Of a stretch of 64,000 nucleotides of DNA, positions 51,101 to 63,619 are shown piece after piece. The notes below the pieces were generated by a model that saw only the letters and a list, made by a program, of their open reading frames with translations, did no database searches and had not been told where the DNA came from. Location of the stretch: NCBI RefSeq assembly GCF_001194135.2, contig NC_068983.1, forward strand, positions 146,322,884 to 146,386,883, given 5' to 3'. The stretch is from Octopus bimaculoides. Lineage: Eukaryota. Both the position numbers and the translations under genes were made by a program. Positions within the stretch are counted from its first letter, which is position 1. Each line of letters starts with the position of its first letter.

Positions 51101-51604
51101 CATGGGATGAGGTGTGAAGCATGATCTTTGAACTTTGAGCCTCACAGAGGCAATGACTAGTGACCGAGACCTTTGGCGATCTGCTGTGCTTGAGAAGACC
51201 CATTAAGCCAAGTGAAATAGTAGTCATGGCTGATGCTGGCATCACATAACTGGCACCCATGTCAGTGGCATGTAAAAAGCACCTTTCAAGCGTTGGGCCT
51301 CATGGAGGCAAAGTGGCTGAGCGCCTTTCGAGTTTTGGGCCTCATGGAGGCATTGACTGAGACCTTTGGCAGTATATTGTGCTTGCAAAGAAGACCCCCT
51401 CAAACCAAGTAAAATTGCAGTCATGGCAGATACCAGTGTCACGCAAATGGCATCCATGTCAGTGGCACATAAAAGCATCCATTACACCCTTGGAGTGGTT
51501 GGTGTTAGGAAGGGCATCCAGCCATAGAAACCATTTCAAATGAGACTGGAGTCTGGTGCAGCCTTCAAGTGTGCCAGCCTGCCAGCATGGACAATGGGCG
51601 CTAA

Positions 51605-51639
<35 letters not shown>
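48106..51639 (+). mobile_element. Long RTE LINE copy (RT through 3' tail), inactivated and interrupted by an LTR-like insert
   Basis: FRIARQCVREN...ENEWEEESLP; EGVIPNDWCSSTIVNCYKGKGDGLDRNNYRGIKLLDQVMKV; MQFSFVPERSTTDAIF; VDLEKAFD; VGVHQGLVLSTLLF; LLYVDNL (YADD site); YYLGDQVS. The (GAT)n tail is at 51604-51639. Confidence 0.95.
48536..49715. mobile_element. Solo-LTR-like insertion (TGT...ACA, 4-bp TSD AGGT); interior partly N
   Basis: The RTE sequence ATAAATCAGGT|...|AGGTGGTTCATGAA is restored (NQVVHEG) when the insert and one AGGT are removed. Gap at 48922-49531. Confidence 0.75.
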
Positions 51640-51641
<2 letters not shown>

Positions 51642-52080
51642 CGCCATCATCATCATCATCGTTTAATGTCCATATTAGCATGGGTTGTGCGGTTTAACCA
51701 GAACTGGTAAGCTGGAGAGCTGCACCAGGCTCCAGTCTGATTTGGCATGGTTTCTACTGTTGGATGCCTTTCCTAACACCAACCACTTTACATAGTGTAC
51801 TGGGTGCTTTTACATGGCACTGGCATGGGTTGCTTTTTATGTGGCACCAGCACAAGACTGTTGAAGGTCAATCTTTTTCACCAAGGGCAGTGAGCTTAAC
51901 CTGCTGTGGAGTATAGGTCTTCTTGAGTACAACAAGGCATCAGACATCTCGGTGCGTTGTCATCTTGTTTGAAAGGTTCAGCATCCTGATGATGCCGTTC
52001 AGTACTTTGTCCTATGTATTCCTGAGTCTCCTGCTTCCATGTGTTCCATCCCATCTCTGCCATGACACATTCAGTGAATG
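51642..52080 (-). mobile_element. RTE LINE 3' end, tail-to-tail with the preceding copy
   Basis: (CAT)n, then the reverse-complemented RTE tail, then an ORF-end remnant (RGSRRLRNT). Confidence 0.8.
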
Positions 52081-52092
52081 GGTGGCAGTGTT

Positions 52093-52093
<1 letters not shown>

Positions 52094-52125
<32 letters not shown>

Positions 52126-52160
52126 AGGGAGGGGGAGAGAGAGAGAGCGAAGGGAGGGAG

Positions 52161-52198
<38 letters not shown>
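52094..52198. repeat. (GA)n-rich microsatellite
   Basis: Read directly; interrupted by G-runs. Confidence 0.95.
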
Positions 52199-52202
<4 letters not shown>

Positions 52203-52599
52203 ATGTATATTGTTTGTGTGAAGCTATAGGCAAAGCTGCACATTTCAGACATTGAAAAAACCAAAACAAAACAAAAAAAACTTGCTGGTTTCAAATATGC
52301 CAAGTCTCACTGATCCTACTTTACAAACATTCGAGAATGTTGTGTCACAGCATGAGCAAGCAGAATTAATGGTGAATAGATAGCAACCATAACATGTGAA
52401 GAGGAAACAAAAATAGAAAAAGATCATGAGGAAGTATTTGAAAACTTCTAATATCACTTAAGAAAGGTGTGAATATCACAATCACTATTTACTCTATATT
52501 AGCTTTTGAAGTACTGCTAGCAGTAGGCATGCAGTACTTGCCAGTATGGGGTGTATTACCAGTAGAGATAGTTTGTGTAAAGTATCCTCCTCCTCCTCA

Positions 52600-53390
52600 T
52601 CATCATCATCACCACCACCACCACCACCACCACCATTAACATCATAATCATCATTAACATTTGACATCCTTTTTCCATTCTGGCACAGGCAACACAGCTT
52701 AACAGAAACTTTTATAAGGTCAGGGGTTGCATCATGGTCTGTTTTGGCTTGGTTTCTACGGCTGGATGCCCTTCTTAAAGCCAACCATTTTACAGACTGT
52801 TCTGGTTGCTTTTTATGTGTCACCATTGTCAGTGCTTTTAACGTGGCATCAGCACCAATGCTTCTTATGTGACACCAGCATCTGCACAAAGCTTTTTACA
52901 TGGCACTTTGGTTTTAGGATCTCAATTTTGTTGTGATAGGTGGGTCTTCTCGAGTACAGCAATGTGCCACATATCTCAGTCCTGTGTCATCTCCTTTGCA
53001 AGGTTCAGCATTTTGAGATTTGCTTTCAATACTTCATCCCATGTCTTCCTGGGTCTCCCTCTTCCACAACCTCTCTCCACTTTAAGTGATCAGCACTTTA
53101 TGCAACTGTTCTCATCCATTTGCATCACACGACCAAATCAGCATGGTTTCCTCTCTTACACATTGTATATGACTGTATATAAGTCCTGTTATGCCCAAAT
53201 TCTTTCTCAATACATTAATGCTCTGTCACACATGCACACTGACATCGCACATCTAGTAGAACATACTAGCTTTGTTCCGCTCCAGCTTTTGCATGTCCTC
53301 CACATTCAGGGTTCACATCTCACTACCATGCAACATTGTAGTTTGTACACATGCATCGTACAATCTTCCCTTCTCTCAGTAGGATAATTT
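52600..53390 (-). mobile_element. RTE LINE 3' fragment
   Basis: (CAC)n/(CAT)n tail, shared RTE tail, and minus-strand WFGRVMQMDENSC...GRPRKTWDEVLKA. Confidence 0.8.
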
Positions 53391-54328
53391 AAGATTGATC
53401 TAGCCACATGAACTATGAGGAACTAAAAGGCTTGAAAGAAACTAAGGAATGAGAAAGTAGTGTGGAAATGTGAAATAAAAGATGTTAACTAACTACAACC
53501 AAGTGATTGGGGCTAACAAATGAGTACTTTTGTTTTTTTGATATCTGTCTGTAGAATATGTCATTGGATTCATAAAAGTCTTGTGAAGCTCTTGTGAGGA
53601 ATCATTTCAATCTTTCAAGACTTTATTCTTTTTGTGAATAGAAAGAGTGGTATATCCTTGGGTGATATATTTGGAAGAGGCTAGATTACAAATTTTGTGT
53701 GCATTCCCAAAGGAAATTCTTTCTGCTTTAAGTTTTGATTGTCCCAGAAGCATATGTGAAATACATTTGATACCATTTATTAGTCAATATAGAATAAACC
53801 AACTGATGTAAACTTCCTGAGAATGTAAGTGGACACTTTGTGTATTATAAGAAGTTTTATAATGGTATTGGAGTGTTATGGCTGTGTGGATATTTTGAAA
53901 ATACCTCAGAGAGTGACAACCATGCCTTGCATAGTTAGCAGTTGCCCTTTCGCAAGGTATAGCACCTATTCAGCCACCCTTCTAGGGATATGATGAAGTC
54001 ATGGAACTGCAGTAAGGTGGATTGTGAAGAAGTAGTGGAAGTGCTCAACTGCGCCAATGGTGCTTCTTACATTTATGCTGAGCAGAGGAATCCTAGATCA
54101 ATGATCAGGATCATCAAGCTCACACATACACACATTAGTGTGTGTTTGTGTATATTCATTTCTTATTTTGTCTCAAAGACAGCAATTGTGAGGTGTGGAA
54201 TAGTTAATTACATTGACCCCAGTGATCAACTGGTGATTATTTTATTGACTCTGAAAGGATGAAAGGCAAAGTCAACTTCAACAGAATTTGAACTCAATGA
54301 TTCAGCCATCTTATCTTATTTATGTATA

Positions 54329-54383
<55 letters not shown>

Positions 54384-54545
54384 ATCATCATCATCATCGT
54401 TTAATGTCCACTTTCCATGCTAGTATGGGTTGGATGATTTGACTGAGGACTGGTGAACCGGATGGTTGCACCAGGCTCCAATCTGATCTGGCAGAGTTTC
54501 TACAGCTGGATGACCTTCCTAATGCCAACCACTCCGAGAGTGTAG
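54384..54545 (-). mobile_element. RTE LINE 3' tail
   Basis: Near-identical in reverse to the tails at 57325-57480 and 6490-6640. Confidence 0.85.
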
Positions 54546-54761
54546 AGAAATTTTCATCAAGGTGATTCAAACTAATAGGTATGCACTTTGAGCACTCAAA
54601 TTGGTATGTTGCTAAAATTCTGGTTTGAACTGCAGTTGAGTCAGTGTGTGTGTGTGGAGAGCATTGCAGTTCACTTGAAACATTGTAGTACAGGAGTAGA
54701 ATAATAAATGAATTAAGAAATGAGTAAAGTTTCTAACAATGTAGAAAGTTTTAAAAACCTT

Positions 54762-54908
54762 TATACTTCAGGTGCAAAGGCCTATCTTTAGAAAGATACA
54801 GTCAAAGAAAGGTGTGTGTACATGAATGCTACCATTTTGGATATCCAAAATGGCAGGATCTATGTAGACACACCTTTCTTTGAATGTGACCTTTGCATCT
54901 GAAATATA
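54762..54908. repeat. Fold-back palindrome (MITE-like)
   Basis: TATACTTCAGGTGCAAAGG / CCTTTGCATCTGAAATATA outer arms, CAAAGAAAGGTGTGT / ACACACCTTTCTTTG-like inner arms, and centre CCATTTTGGATATCCAAAATGG. Confidence 0.85.
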
Positions 54909-54970
54909 AAGTCTTTTTTAAACTTTCTGCATTGTTAGAAGCTTTCCTTATTTCTCATTTTATATATATA

Positions 54971-56235
54971 CAAAGTGCAATGGCTAAATTGTTACCATTT
55001 TATATTTTTGATTTTGCACATGCACATTGTTTGTTTTTGATTTTGTTGACTACACAGTATAGTAAGGTCAGCTGGGCACTGTTTGTGAGAAAAACAGCAC
55101 CATGACACAATTCACTCTGCCAGAAATTTGGAAAGAACTTGCTGTACTGCTTGGCATTTGTGCCGAAAGCTCCAATACAAACATTTCAGAGTGTTTGGGT
55201 GTAGAGGATTTGAAAAGAGTTGGCTTAGTCTAATGGTGATTACAAAGGTATGGCAGCTTGGAAAACTCTGAATGTTCTGATAAGAAAAGAGCTCCTGAAT
55301 TTATTGGTGAGATTCAGACCATGATTGACAATGAACCCTCCAAGTCAATCAGGTCCATCGCCAAGGACATGGGAGTGTCTGAGTGTCAGGCAGGTAGTGT
55401 GTGAAAACATTCGGTATTCCTCATACAAGATGAGAAAGGGCTAATTTTTATCTCAAACCATCAAGGACAAGAGGAAAGACTGCTCTATGAAGCTTTTGAA
55501 CAAACTTAAGCATCCCCTCCAATCAAACATGCTTTGGTTTTTCTCAGACATGAAAAATTTCTGCCAAGATCAGAGGGTGAATGCACAGAACAACTGTTGG
55601 CTTGCTATGTCCCCAAAATATGTGCCGAGAAGGATAAAAATCAAACAACCAGTCAGCATCATGGTGTTTGGAGTGATCACTAGTGATGGTGATGTTATAC
55701 CTCTATTCATCTTCCCACATGGCCTCAGACTCAACACGGAAGCCTACATCAAGTGCTTGGAGGAAGTAGTGCTGCCCTGAGTCAAAAGGATGGCTGCTGG
55801 AAGACCCTATGTCTGACAACAGGACTCTGCACCATGCCACACAAGCAGGAGAACCCAGTCATGGCTGTCAGACAATTTCTACAACCACATCAACCCTAAC
55901 ATCTGGCCACCTAACTCCCCAGACTGAAACCCCCTTGATTATTATGTGTGGGTCGCAGTTCAGCGAGAGACCAACAGAATTCCTTGTAACACCAAAGATG
56001 AACTGAAGGCAAGGATTATAGCAGCATTCACCAACAGGAAACCGTCCAGAAGAGTTGCAGAAGATTCCAAAGTCATCTGGAGGTTGAAGCCAATGACGAT
56101 TTTACAGAATAAATTTACTCTTTAGTATTTCAATATTTTTTAATGTAATTTTGGTTAATATATCTGTTAAAATGAGATGTCAGTGTTATTTTCATTTTTG
56201 TATGATTTAGATGACAGTTTATTCACTGCACCCTG
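54971..56235 (+). mobile_element. maT/mori (DD37D) Tc1/mariner transposon, full-length, inactivated
   Basis: TA-flanked degenerate TIRs CAAAGTGCAATGGCTAAATTGTTACC / GATGACAGTTTATTCACTGCACCCTG. Motifs WFFSD(M)K, QQDSAPCH...WPPNSPD*NPLDYYVW, with 37 residues between the second and third Asp. Confidence 0.9.
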
Positions 56236-57324
56236 TATATATAGGTTCTTACATAGTTACCTGTCTACCAAATTCAGCTTACAAACCCAACCTGGGTTTA
56301 CAGAAGGAAACAAATACTTTTCCAAAGTGCCTCTGCAGTGAAATGGTTTGTGCAGTCAATTCAATGTGAAGCATACTCAACTACACAGGTATGCTCGCAT
56401 TTCTAAAAGTATTAACTTAAGTTTCATCTTGAAACACAGCATCATATACCCATCTTGCTCTTTCTCAAACTACTAAAGTTTTGATTTGAAAAATCCAATA
56501 GAAAGATTTTGTCAATCACTTGAACAATAAGTTAAAAGCTAAATGTCACAAATGTTTTATTTCTCTATGGAAAGATATTACACATATTTCCAAAGCTACC
56601 TAGTCTATTGTATAACTTCTATAAAAATAGATAACTTAGATTACATGTCAACAAGTAACAATGAAAGATTTAACCTTTAAGCTTCCACTTTTGTTGTCTG
56701 ATACATGCATTTTTAGTGTTTGTTCACTGATATAAAAATAAAGGTTAAATATTTATATCTATTTTCTTGATGCTACAGAAATTCTCATTCACTGGTAGGC
56801 TATTTAATTTAAAACAGGTCATGCATGTTAAGATAAACACCAAATGAAGATGGTGAAATAGATATATTAGTTCTCAGAAACAAAAGTATAAACACTTGGA
56901 TTTAATTAATTTCTTTATTTACAAACAAATAATTTGCATATTTAGTCTAAATGTGTTCCAACAATGTGTGTCACTGGAGAACAGCTTCTTCCTTTTATGT
57001 CAACTATTAGTAAATGAAATTATTATACAGGAGTTCAAGGAGTGGCAGTGTTAAGTAATAAATACTTTTTTATTTTGTTTCCAATGTGAGTGAGGCCAGG
57101 AAGTAGAGTTCAGTTTTATTGTCCAATCCAAATAATCAGTAGGTCTGATCACTCATTGAGAAAAATCAAGTTGCTGATGTGATCATTGGGTAATAGATGA
57201 ATCGAATGAAATATAAAACAAGATAATAATTTTCTGGACTGTTTGCTATATCTTCAGAATGTATAATAACAATATTTATATTTACACTATGTTTCAGTCT
57301 CTACTGTCATCTGTTGTCTTATTT

Positions 57325-57480
57325 CTGGATGTTGGCGTTAGGAAGGGCATCCAGCTGTAGAAACTCTGCCAAATTAGATTGGAGCCTGGTGTAGCCATCC
57401 GGTTGCACCAGTCCTCAGTCAAATCGTCCAACCCATGCTAGCATGGAAAGCAGACGTTAAACGATGATGATGATGATGAT
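57325..57480 (+). mobile_element. RTE LINE 3' tail
   Basis: GTTGGCGTTAGGAAGGGCATCCAGCTGTAGAAACTCTGCC...GACGTTAAACGATGATGATGA. Confidence 0.88.
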
Positions 57481-58973
57481 ATATATATATGGCCTTAGAG
57501 TAGATTCCAGCTGGGAACCTTATTTCAAACTAAGAAAATTAATGGAGGAAGGGAATCTGTCACTCCAGAGTTTGATGTTTTTAAAATAAAACTTCAAAAT
57601 GGAAGTATTTAAATAAATGATCTTCAAGAAATAGAAGATATCTATAAGGGAAATAATTTAGGGAGGTTTTAAAGAACATGTTTTATAAATGAGACATGAA
57701 TAGCATGCAAATAACTGTTACTCTTTCTCTATTTTCACATAGTCAAGTGAACAGGTACAACGGATAGTTGAGATACTACTACTACTACTACTACCACACA
57801 ACGATGACTAGCACTGTCTTACCAGCATTAAAGGACCCCTGGCAAATCAATGTACTGGGTTCTATAATATTTATTCATAAACAGGAAACCAGAGAACATA
57901 GATCAGAATTGGGCCCTAAGTCCCATGAGACCCCAGGGCAACTGCTCAGTGTGCTCATGCCTTAAGATGGCATTGACTACTACTATGACTATTATTATTG
58001 ATGCTTTGATCCAAAATCTCTCTCAAAGCATACAATACCAGTTTTAGAAAGTAAAGACACATTAGCTAATGTGGTTCAAGGTACATCCTTTGCTGGGCAT
58101 CTCTAGAGGAATACACTGTTACAAGAATTTAGGATAATTCTCTGGTCTATGAATAACGTCATCCCTTCCTGTACTTCGTCTTAACCTTTCTGATACCTGT
58201 GTGTCCAAGACCACCCCTGGATCTGACACTTACTTCAAAGTTTTAAAATGATCTATATTAAAACCAACCTTCAAAATTTCACGTTAATTTATGTTCAGAA
58301 CTTCAGCTCAGTAATGAGTTATTTTTTTACTAAATTTTCCATTATTTTCAAAATTAATTGTAATCAAGCTAATGTCTTTTAAAAGAAATATGGTAACAAA
58401 AGTGTTAAAATGGTAAAACAACAGTAGATAATATTAAATCACAAGACAAAAAAAAAAAGACTGGATGGCTCCTATCATGTCTATTCAATCAGGGTTGACC
58501 TGGGCCTAACCACCACCGTTATCAACAATATTCTGCTAATTTAAAGATAGCATACTTTAAAGATTTGGTTTGTATTACTAGTAGGTTTAGCAACAGCAGA
58601 GAAGCTCTTCTCTTCAGCAACAACAGTATCGGACTGCTTACAGTAGTGACTGTTTATCATTTAAGAGTTTTGGGTTAACAAGAATTGAGAGTAACTTATG
58701 ATAAAATATGAACTGTAAACTTTTCAGGTCAATTGTCTGACAGTTTATTTTTGCAATTTTCTATTCATATTCCGGTACTAGCATGATGGAGCAATTACCT
58801 GTTTACATCTGGACACCCTTCTCACTGTTAATCACTCAATTGCAATTTTTTTTTTTGTTCATTCAGACAAACTGTGCCAATCAAGAGATTTAAAGTACAG
58901 AAGAGACAGATATAGGTGTCTTGCTGTAGAGTAGATACATGGATAATACACACACACACACACACACATACAC

Positions 58974-59019
<46 letters not shown>

Positions 59020-59539
59020 CTACACATATACAATGTGTTTATGTCAGTTTCCGTCTACTATCTCAACACACAAGGCTTTGGTTAACCTGGTGCTATAATA
59101 GAAGACATTTTCTCAAGATGCTACACAGTCGGACTGAACCTGGAACCACATGGATGCAAAGTGAACTTCTTATCCATCCAGCCACGCACACACACACACG
59201 TATACGTTTTTATCGTTTTAATTAGGTTACAAAAGTGGTTCAGAATCCCAAAAGTATCATCATAGCACCTATCACTTTGGTAAGTAGTATGAATGAAATT
59301 CCTGGCCCTTGAGTCACTTTTTTAACCTTTTTACTGATTAAAAAATAATGTATAGTCGTGCTTTGAGTTCTATTTCTTGTATGTTCAACCAAGGAAATGA
59401 CAATGGACCATGAGATGGTGCAATTTGCTGTACTTGATAAGACATGTCAAGCTAAGTAAAATTGCTATCTTCCATACATACAGGCTTATCCTTTAGGTGC
59501 TGTGGTGCTGCATTAACACATCCAAGCTGGTGCTACATA

Positions 59540-59745
59540 AATGCACCCGTGACAGTGGAATGTAAAAAGCACCCAGCACACTTTGTTAAGTGGTTTGCGT
59601 TAGAAAGGACATCCAGCTGTAGAAACCATGCCATAACAGACAGTTGGAGTCTGGACAGCTCCCTGCTAGCCATCTCAATATCAAACTGTTCAACCCATGG
59701 CAACACGGAAAGAAGACACTAAAAGATGACGGTGATGATGATGAT
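59540..59745 (+). mobile_element. RTE LINE 3' tail with a partial 66-bp unit
   Basis: GTAAAAAGCACCCAGCACACT...GGACATCCAGCTGTAGAAAC...GATGATGATGAT. Confidence 0.75.
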
Positions 59746-61602
59746 AGACATATGTACATGCAAGAAAAATTACATTGCCCACTATAGGGTATGAATGTAT
59801 TTAATAATCTGATATGAAAATACATATTTAGCATTGCTCTAAATAACTCAAAAACTATTCAAGGATAACATTTTTGCCACACACACACACAAACAAGCCA
59901 TGCACATGACATCAATGTATAACAATGTATGACAAAGTATGGCACAGTTCATCAGGTCAAATTATCAAAAGCAACTGTTCAAAATATCTGGATGAAAAAA
60001 AAAAAATCAGAAAAGGAGAATTACCTATCATGTGCTCCCTGCATAAGTTTTTGATCATGTACTAAAATAGGAAATCAATGTAATGTTCGTCACAGGACAC
60101 TTTCAGAATAAGAAAGTGTACTAAAAACAACTTCTCCCTGCCTAATTTGCTAAGTACTAGTTGTGTTAGTGTTGTCAATATCTCAAAGAATTCAATATGA
60201 AAATATAATTTTTCATATTTTGTTGGTCTTGTTTAATGTTATTGCAACCAAGTTGCTGTTGGTTAAATTGGTCAAAAGTTGGACAGTTGATTTGAAACTA
60301 AAATAGGTACTTTGATATCTAAATTGCAGAAGAACTGTGTAATTAATTGGGGATTCATTAGTTTGCAGTTCAAGCTCTACTTTAGGAATGAAATAACATG
60401 AAGTAGCAGGCAGAAGAATATTCAGTGTGTATTACCTCATAGATCATGAACAAATAAGGAAGGCTTTACATTGTGACATGACACAATGTAGCTAGAAATA
60501 GAAGTCAAATCTCCCTCATATCACACATTGTCTTAAGAGAAAAAAATTGAATAATGTAAATGGAGAGGGTTATACTTAGAATGTTTTAATCAACTCAATC
60601 TAGAGCTAAATGAAGAGAATCTAAAACTGACAGGATCACCTGGAATTTAATATCCCTGTGATACTTTCAGCAACATAAACTTGTTGAATGCAACATTTTC
60701 CTCACAGAAGAGTATGAGATGATTTTTTGAAAATTTGTTTCTTTGAAATGTTAGAAAAGTGATAAAATGGTTAACTGGTGAAAGGACTTAAATTCATTTC
60801 AGATTCCTTTAAATTTTGTTCAACCAAAGCTGAAAACATTTCTCTACATCTTTAAGTTAGTAAGAAGTGAATGGGCTTTGTATCAACTGCTATCTCAACA
60901 ACTATTCCATAGTTTGTGGATCTGTGCCAGTGACACACTGTGTCATTGGAAAAGCTGCAATCATATTAATTGAATGACAATTGAGTTCTTCCAATGTTAG
61001 TTTTCAGTTGATTAAAGCACTTCCATTTGTCCAGATTATATTTACACCAGGTGCAAGTTGTTGACTTGCTATAATTTGTATTTTTGTTGAGGATAAGTTG
61101 TTGAATTCCACAACCAGCTCTTACAAGTTATAATTACAAGTATATAATTACTGTAGATATTTCAATGTCAGATCACAGTACTAAATAATAAACTAAAACC
61201 AACTGTGGGAAATAAGTATGCCAAATTTTCTTTGAATATTACTTGTGATTATTGGCCAGTGCACATTCCAAAGACAGTTAACTCATTCAATAATACAAAA
61301 TTTGGAATACAATGTTGATTATTGAATATCTAATAATAAACAGAAAGTTTTAAATCTTAGAAAAATTTCAATTGAAGGAGAAATGTTTATATACAGACTT
61401 TCTCACTTTCATATATATATAGTTGAAATTTGCAGAAAAACAAGATGAAGACAGGTGTATGAACAACAAGCAGGTGTATTAGCTTGATGCTTGGGAAAGT
61501 GAGATAGTCTTTTATGTTTTGAGCCTTTGCTCTTCAACAGAAAGGAATAAGAGAAAATAAAAAAAATGTGTGGATTTAGCAATCATGGCGACCGGTTCAG
61601 TT

Positions 61603-61658
<56 letters not shown>

Positions 61659-61661
<3 letters not shown>

Positions 61662-62025
61662 GAGTTACGGGAGGAATAGGAAAAATCTAAGCTACATGTT
61701 TCATAGCGAGTGGAACCTCAGAAGTGGTAAAATCCAAGTGAGGTGTATACTGCTGGCTATTCTTCAGGCCAAAGATATCTTAATTAGATTAAAGGTTACA
61801 TTGTCGCAAAGGAGATTCAATCAGAACGTGTGATTACTCATTCTGATTGAATCTTCTTTGCATCAGCATGTACCTCCTTGCAACAAGGTAACCATTAATC
61901 TAATCATGATTTCTTTGGCCTGAAGAGTAGCCAGTGGTATACACCTCACTTGGGTTTTACTTCTGAGGTTCCAATCGGTATGAAACATGTAGCCCGGATT
62001 TTTCCTTCTCCATTCCGTAACTTGT
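61659..62025. mobile_element. Long palindromic (fold-back) MITE core
   Basis: Arms of about 170-185 bp (61659-61826 and 61841-62025) are imperfect inverted repeats around a 14-nt loop. Both arms translate into similar peptides in the ORF track. A GGCAACCCTG terminal-like motif is at about 62044. Confidence 0.85.
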
Positions 62026-62229
62026 ATTCTCTTTTGCACACTCGGCAACCCTGGTCGCCTACCGTGGAATATAAAAAAAATCTTTTTTTGCTCATCATTC
62101 TTCGAACAAGAAAAATAATCCACAACCTTGCTCAATAAACCACTATTGTTCCTGAAAGTTGTTATTTTATATTTACTATGGATTGCTCGAAACGAACTTA
62201 CTTCCTACACATCGATCTCTAGATCTTAC

Positions 62230-62264
<35 letters not shown>

Positions 62265-63619
62265 CCTATAAGTAGTGTTATGGTTAAAGAAAACAATCCC
62301 TCCTTTAAGTAGTATAAAAGCATTTTTATTCACTACATGTTTATATATTATTTTTACTGGTTACAATAATTTTTTTCCTTTAATGGTTTTTGTCTCATGG
62401 AGGTGCAGTGTCTCCTCCTCCAGACCAGTCAGTAGCTGTCTTTTGTACGGCCTTTAAAAGTTATGCAAGACAGGAGTGTTGACATTTCCTAGCATGTGAA
62501 AGAATTCAAAGAATTTAGTTGATTATACCAACTCCAGTACTTTAGTGCTTATTTTATTGAAAGTTAACTTTTTAATAAATAGAAATGATCATAATAAAAC
62601 AGTACCTTAAGATATTTTGTTTAATACACGCTAATATACATATAAATTTTTATATTTTCTGTTGAGCAAATTTCACTCAAGGCTTTTATTGAACTGAGAT
62701 TAAGGTAGGAAGGCATTCATCTAATATGATGGGCAATGTGATCAAACTAGGAACCACATGGTGGGGAAACAACCTTTCAGCTACATAACCACACCAACAG
62801 ATATTTTAAAATATATATGAAATAAAAACACATCCCAGTTTTTAGAAGAGGTAAACTAGATTTCTATGTTACATAAGAAATAATAATCAGAAAATGCCAG
62901 ATGGCCATAAGACACTGTCTCAAGAATTTCTGTCCAGCATATGCTGAATTGAGGAGTGGATATCAAATGATGATGAGGTAAGCTTTAGTGGTAATCCATC
63001 AATCTGGAAAGTTACTGATTATGTTAGAAAACAAAACAGAAGGAGTCTGCCACTCCAGACAGTGACAACACTGTCAATTTGGCAAGTGATTTATTAGCTG
63101 AAACAGTTCCAAGTTCAATTTTTCTGGTAGTGGAAAACCAATTATGATAATCTAGTGTTTTATCCAGAGAGTGATGCTGTGAAACATGAGGATAAGCACC
63201 AGGATATAGAAATTCAGAAAAACAATTTAGTGGTTTAATTTGGAGGAAGGGGATGACCAAAGCTTTTGCAGACCATCAATATGGTTGATGTTCTAGAATT
63301 ACAAGAAAAACATGGGTAGGGAGGGAATTCCAGAAAGATGTTCTTGGTAGGAAAGGTTGGCATGAAAATACAGCTTTTCACACTTTGTTGGACATGTGTA
63401 ATGTTATTGTGACAAGATTGCAATTGGTCAAGAGTTGGACAACTGGGCTGAAGAGCTGATGGATTAAACAACGTAACATGGTCAAGACAGATTTTTCTTT
63501 GGCCTTGTTCACTTAATACTAAATAGGTACCATGATATGTAAATTGCAGAAGAACTGTGTAAGCTAATTGATGATTCATTAACTTCCAGTTCAAGCCCTA
63601 CCTCAGGCCTGAAGTAGCA

